A program made the position numbers and the translations under genes. Shown piece by piece: positions 62,701 to 64,000 of a DNA stretch of 64,000 nucleotides. A model generated the notes under the pieces. That model was not told the origin of the DNA and made no database searches. It worked only from the letters and a program-made list of their open reading frames with translations. Each line of letters starts with the position of its first letter. The first letter of the stretch is position 1. This DNA is from a virus, in IMG/VR virus record IMGVR_UViG_3300043410_001708, positions 32,001-96,000 of that record, one strand, 5' to 3'.

Positions 62701-64000
62701 ATGCTACTGCTGTTGAAATAAAGTTTTGGTTTCCTGTTGAACTTGTTGCAGGACTTAATACTCCTTGAATAGTTCCGGTTGTAGTAAGAGCTAAAGAATA
62801 TTGCGGTTGTACAGTGCCACTACTTCCGTCTTTTTGTATGAGACATGGTGAACTGGCAAAAGATGAGGTATAAAACCAACATTCAACTGTCCAGTTAGGT
62901 GCACCTGTTGCCAAATCAACTGCGGGAGTATTATTAATATTTAAATAATCACCGGTACCATCAAAGTATGCTGAGCCTTCATTCCCAATTAAAGTAACTG
63001 TTGATGTGTTTGCAAAAGGTCCGTTTCTTGTTGGTCTTGCATCACCATTAACTGTGATTGCAAATGCATTGTTTGAGTTATCAATTACTGTATTTGCTTG
63101 ACAAGTTAATAAACTGGTGTTTGCTATTACCGATAATGGACTAGTTGGTGGTGTGAATGCTTCTGTATAGACTGAAGTGTCTTTAACAATTCTAAAATTA
63201 CTTAAATATCCAGTAAAACCAAAAGTCGATTGACCTCCAATTTCTAATGTTTTATTTTCACTAACAATATTAGAACTTGTACCACTACCCAATACAGCAC
63301 CATTTTTATACAAAACAAAACTTGTTCCTGTTTTCACTAATGCAAGGTGGTACCACTGATTTAATGAGAAATTATGTGTTACATTTATGATATCTCCTGA
63401 TACCTGTGACGAGCGCAATATAATCGTTCCATCGCCCCAAAGATACAAATATGGATTGTAAGTACCAAAATTATATAAATTGTCATTAGTGCCGGCGCCT
63501 GGTAATCCGGTAAAATAATACCAACCTTCTACTGTAAAATTGGTTGTTCCCATGTTAAAAGCTGTATTGCTAGTTAATGACAAATAATCTCCAGTGCCAT
63601 CAAAATACATACTGTAATTATTTGCAGCAGGCACAGTGATTGTTGTTGGTGCGCCATCAAATGGAACAAATGGACTAACTGTTACATCACCGTTCTTTGT
63701 GATTGTAAAGTTATTATTTGAATTGTCAATTAATCTATTTGATTGACATGTCAACAAAGATGTGTTGGCTACATATGTTAACGGTCCTGTTGGTGGAGTT
63801 GTATTTGCGGTGTATAGTGCAGTGCCTTTAAGAATACGAACATTAGAAATGTATCCTAACCAATCATTTGTTGTTGATCCAACTTGTCTGCCAATTGTTG
63901 GAGTACCATTACTTACATTTACATCAGAATTGGTGGCAGTGGCATCAATTATACCGTTAATGAACAATCTTGCTGATGTACCAGAGCGAGTAAGTGCAAC
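59795..64000 (-). CDS. LamG/ConA-repeat virion protein, 5' end outside window
   Basis: repeated YFDGTGDYL..FTVECW..WNHVA.VR..GYISN.RI..GTALY..LLTCQ modules. Confidence 0.85.
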   Translation of the reverse strand, partial: VALTRSGTSARLFINGIIDATATNSDVNVSNGTPTIGRQVGSTTNDWLGYISNVRILKGTALYTANTTPPTGPLTYVANTSLLTCQSNRLIDNSNNNFTITKNGDVTVSPFVPFDGAPTTITVPAANNYSMYFDGTGDYLSLTSNTAFNMGTTNFTVEGWYYFTGLPGAGTNDNLYNFGTYNPYLYLWGDGTIILRSSQVSGDIINVTHNFSLNQWYHLALVKTGTSFVLYKNGAVLGSGTSSNIVSENKTLEIGGQSTFGFTGYLSNFRIVKDTSVYTEAFTPPTSPLSVIANTSLLTCQANTVIDNSNNAFAITVNGDARPTRNGPFANTSTVTLIGNEGSAYFDGTGDYLNINNTPAVDLATGAPNWTVECWFYTSSFASSPCLIQKDGSSGTVQPQYSLALTTTGTIQGVLSPATSSTGNQNFISTAVASLNTWNHVAMVRNGNNLSIYLNGALVVGPTAITVTMGNNTRPLTIGANNPGANYLTGYISNVRITKGTALYTSAFVPSWSPLTPVANTVLLTTQTSLSSNTKSFIDESNFNNIITKNGIPSTGSFTPFGTSWSNYFDGTGDYLTVPFNQFLFGSNDFTVECWIYPIAELTLSPIVGIYRESLPSSSNSSWSLRGGVGGTFSIVFRYYGTGAGSTTNLTSSSNAYALNTWTHVAAVRSGNTLSLYINGVLNTSASISVTLAAASGTNLGIAADYAGLSPQNMFISNLRITNGTGLYTSNTTPSITPLTAVANTVLLTCQSNQFIDNSNNALTITRNGDSAISKFSPFSSFTITNPSAVSDYSANTFGSSIYFGGTTTADFLSVSGIPISATGQFTFEAWFYTTKINGATAQIFYSQYTTSDANRWTINISTANKLTVSHGTAGNITGATTIVPYQWNHVAVTRDASNTLRVFLNGVVDVVFTSYTSSIMQSAPRVGYYNNTPNDYFTGYMNSVRVLNGTALYSSNTSFTPPTKTLTSIANTTLLLGSTLGGSPITDVTRINNIENGNTAVAVANNSPYYDTYSGYFDGTGDYLTVASNTAFQLGTGDYTFETWIYPTALGSINTNNILNIGTYLTGLLIRSAATTGIEIYTNGTQRLITTTGLTQNAWNHIALVRNGSTCTFYVNGNRLGSTFTDSSSISPATATVTIGMAAHNNSEFFTGYMSNYRLLKGTALYTANTTPPTSPLTAISGTSLLTCQSNSFVDKSTNAFTITKAGDARISTIQPFAANNTSRFTSAYFPAKGDYLGIRPQPSLVKFSGDFTFECWVYPSDATVTHWGIWDSRQAGGTANPMVFKLSPLASPVSGSYRMEYYNGTSYYGTTTITHNQWTHVAWVRSGSTVTFYVNGNAGGTATVSGVQVGNITSGSIYAGGSKDNQTAGYGIIGYIADLRVTNGYARTISVPTTPYDIK

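Noticed and set aside
55774-64000. Plus-strand ORFs overlapping the fibre genes, and a possible diversity-generating retroelement
   Set aside because: The ORFs are antisense shadows of repetitive coding sequence. No reverse transcriptase or adenine-specific template/variable repeat pair was seen.

Overview
This window is 64 kb of an AT-rich, large T4-like myophage genome, almost all on the minus strand. It holds a replication/recombination module (41, uvsX, 43, regA, 62, 44, 45, 46, 47, 55, uvsW, uvsY), a head/neck/tail module (3, 23, 22, 21, 20, 19, 18, 17, 16, 15, 14, 13 and fibre genes), glycosyltransferases, and two DUF4338/DruA-like paralogs. Auxiliary genes include GroES, Hsp20, peptide deformylase, rubrerythrin/rubredoxin and a D,D-peptidase. 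A region at about 14.4-24.9 kb carries 30 tRNAs covering all 20 amino acids. Two features in that region stand out. (1) At the head of the tRNA array is an unannotated 37-codon leader ORF that encodes all 20 amino acids using 33 different codons. It overlaps mutually exclusive antiterminator and terminator hairpins, so it is a candidate ribosome-stalling attenuator that would increase phage tRNA transcription when host tRNAs fail. (2) Five copies of a covarying RNA motif (TTTT-AG[N5]-NNN-CAGCA...[N5']CT-GTTGT) carry different, mostly tRNA-mimic cargoes, including a circularly permuted tRNA. Two copies lie directly 5' of a DUF2828 (TROVE/Ro60-like vWA) gene, suggesting a Y-RNA-like ribonucleoprotein system. 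All calls were made by eye and from recalled family motifs; no searches or folding programs were run.
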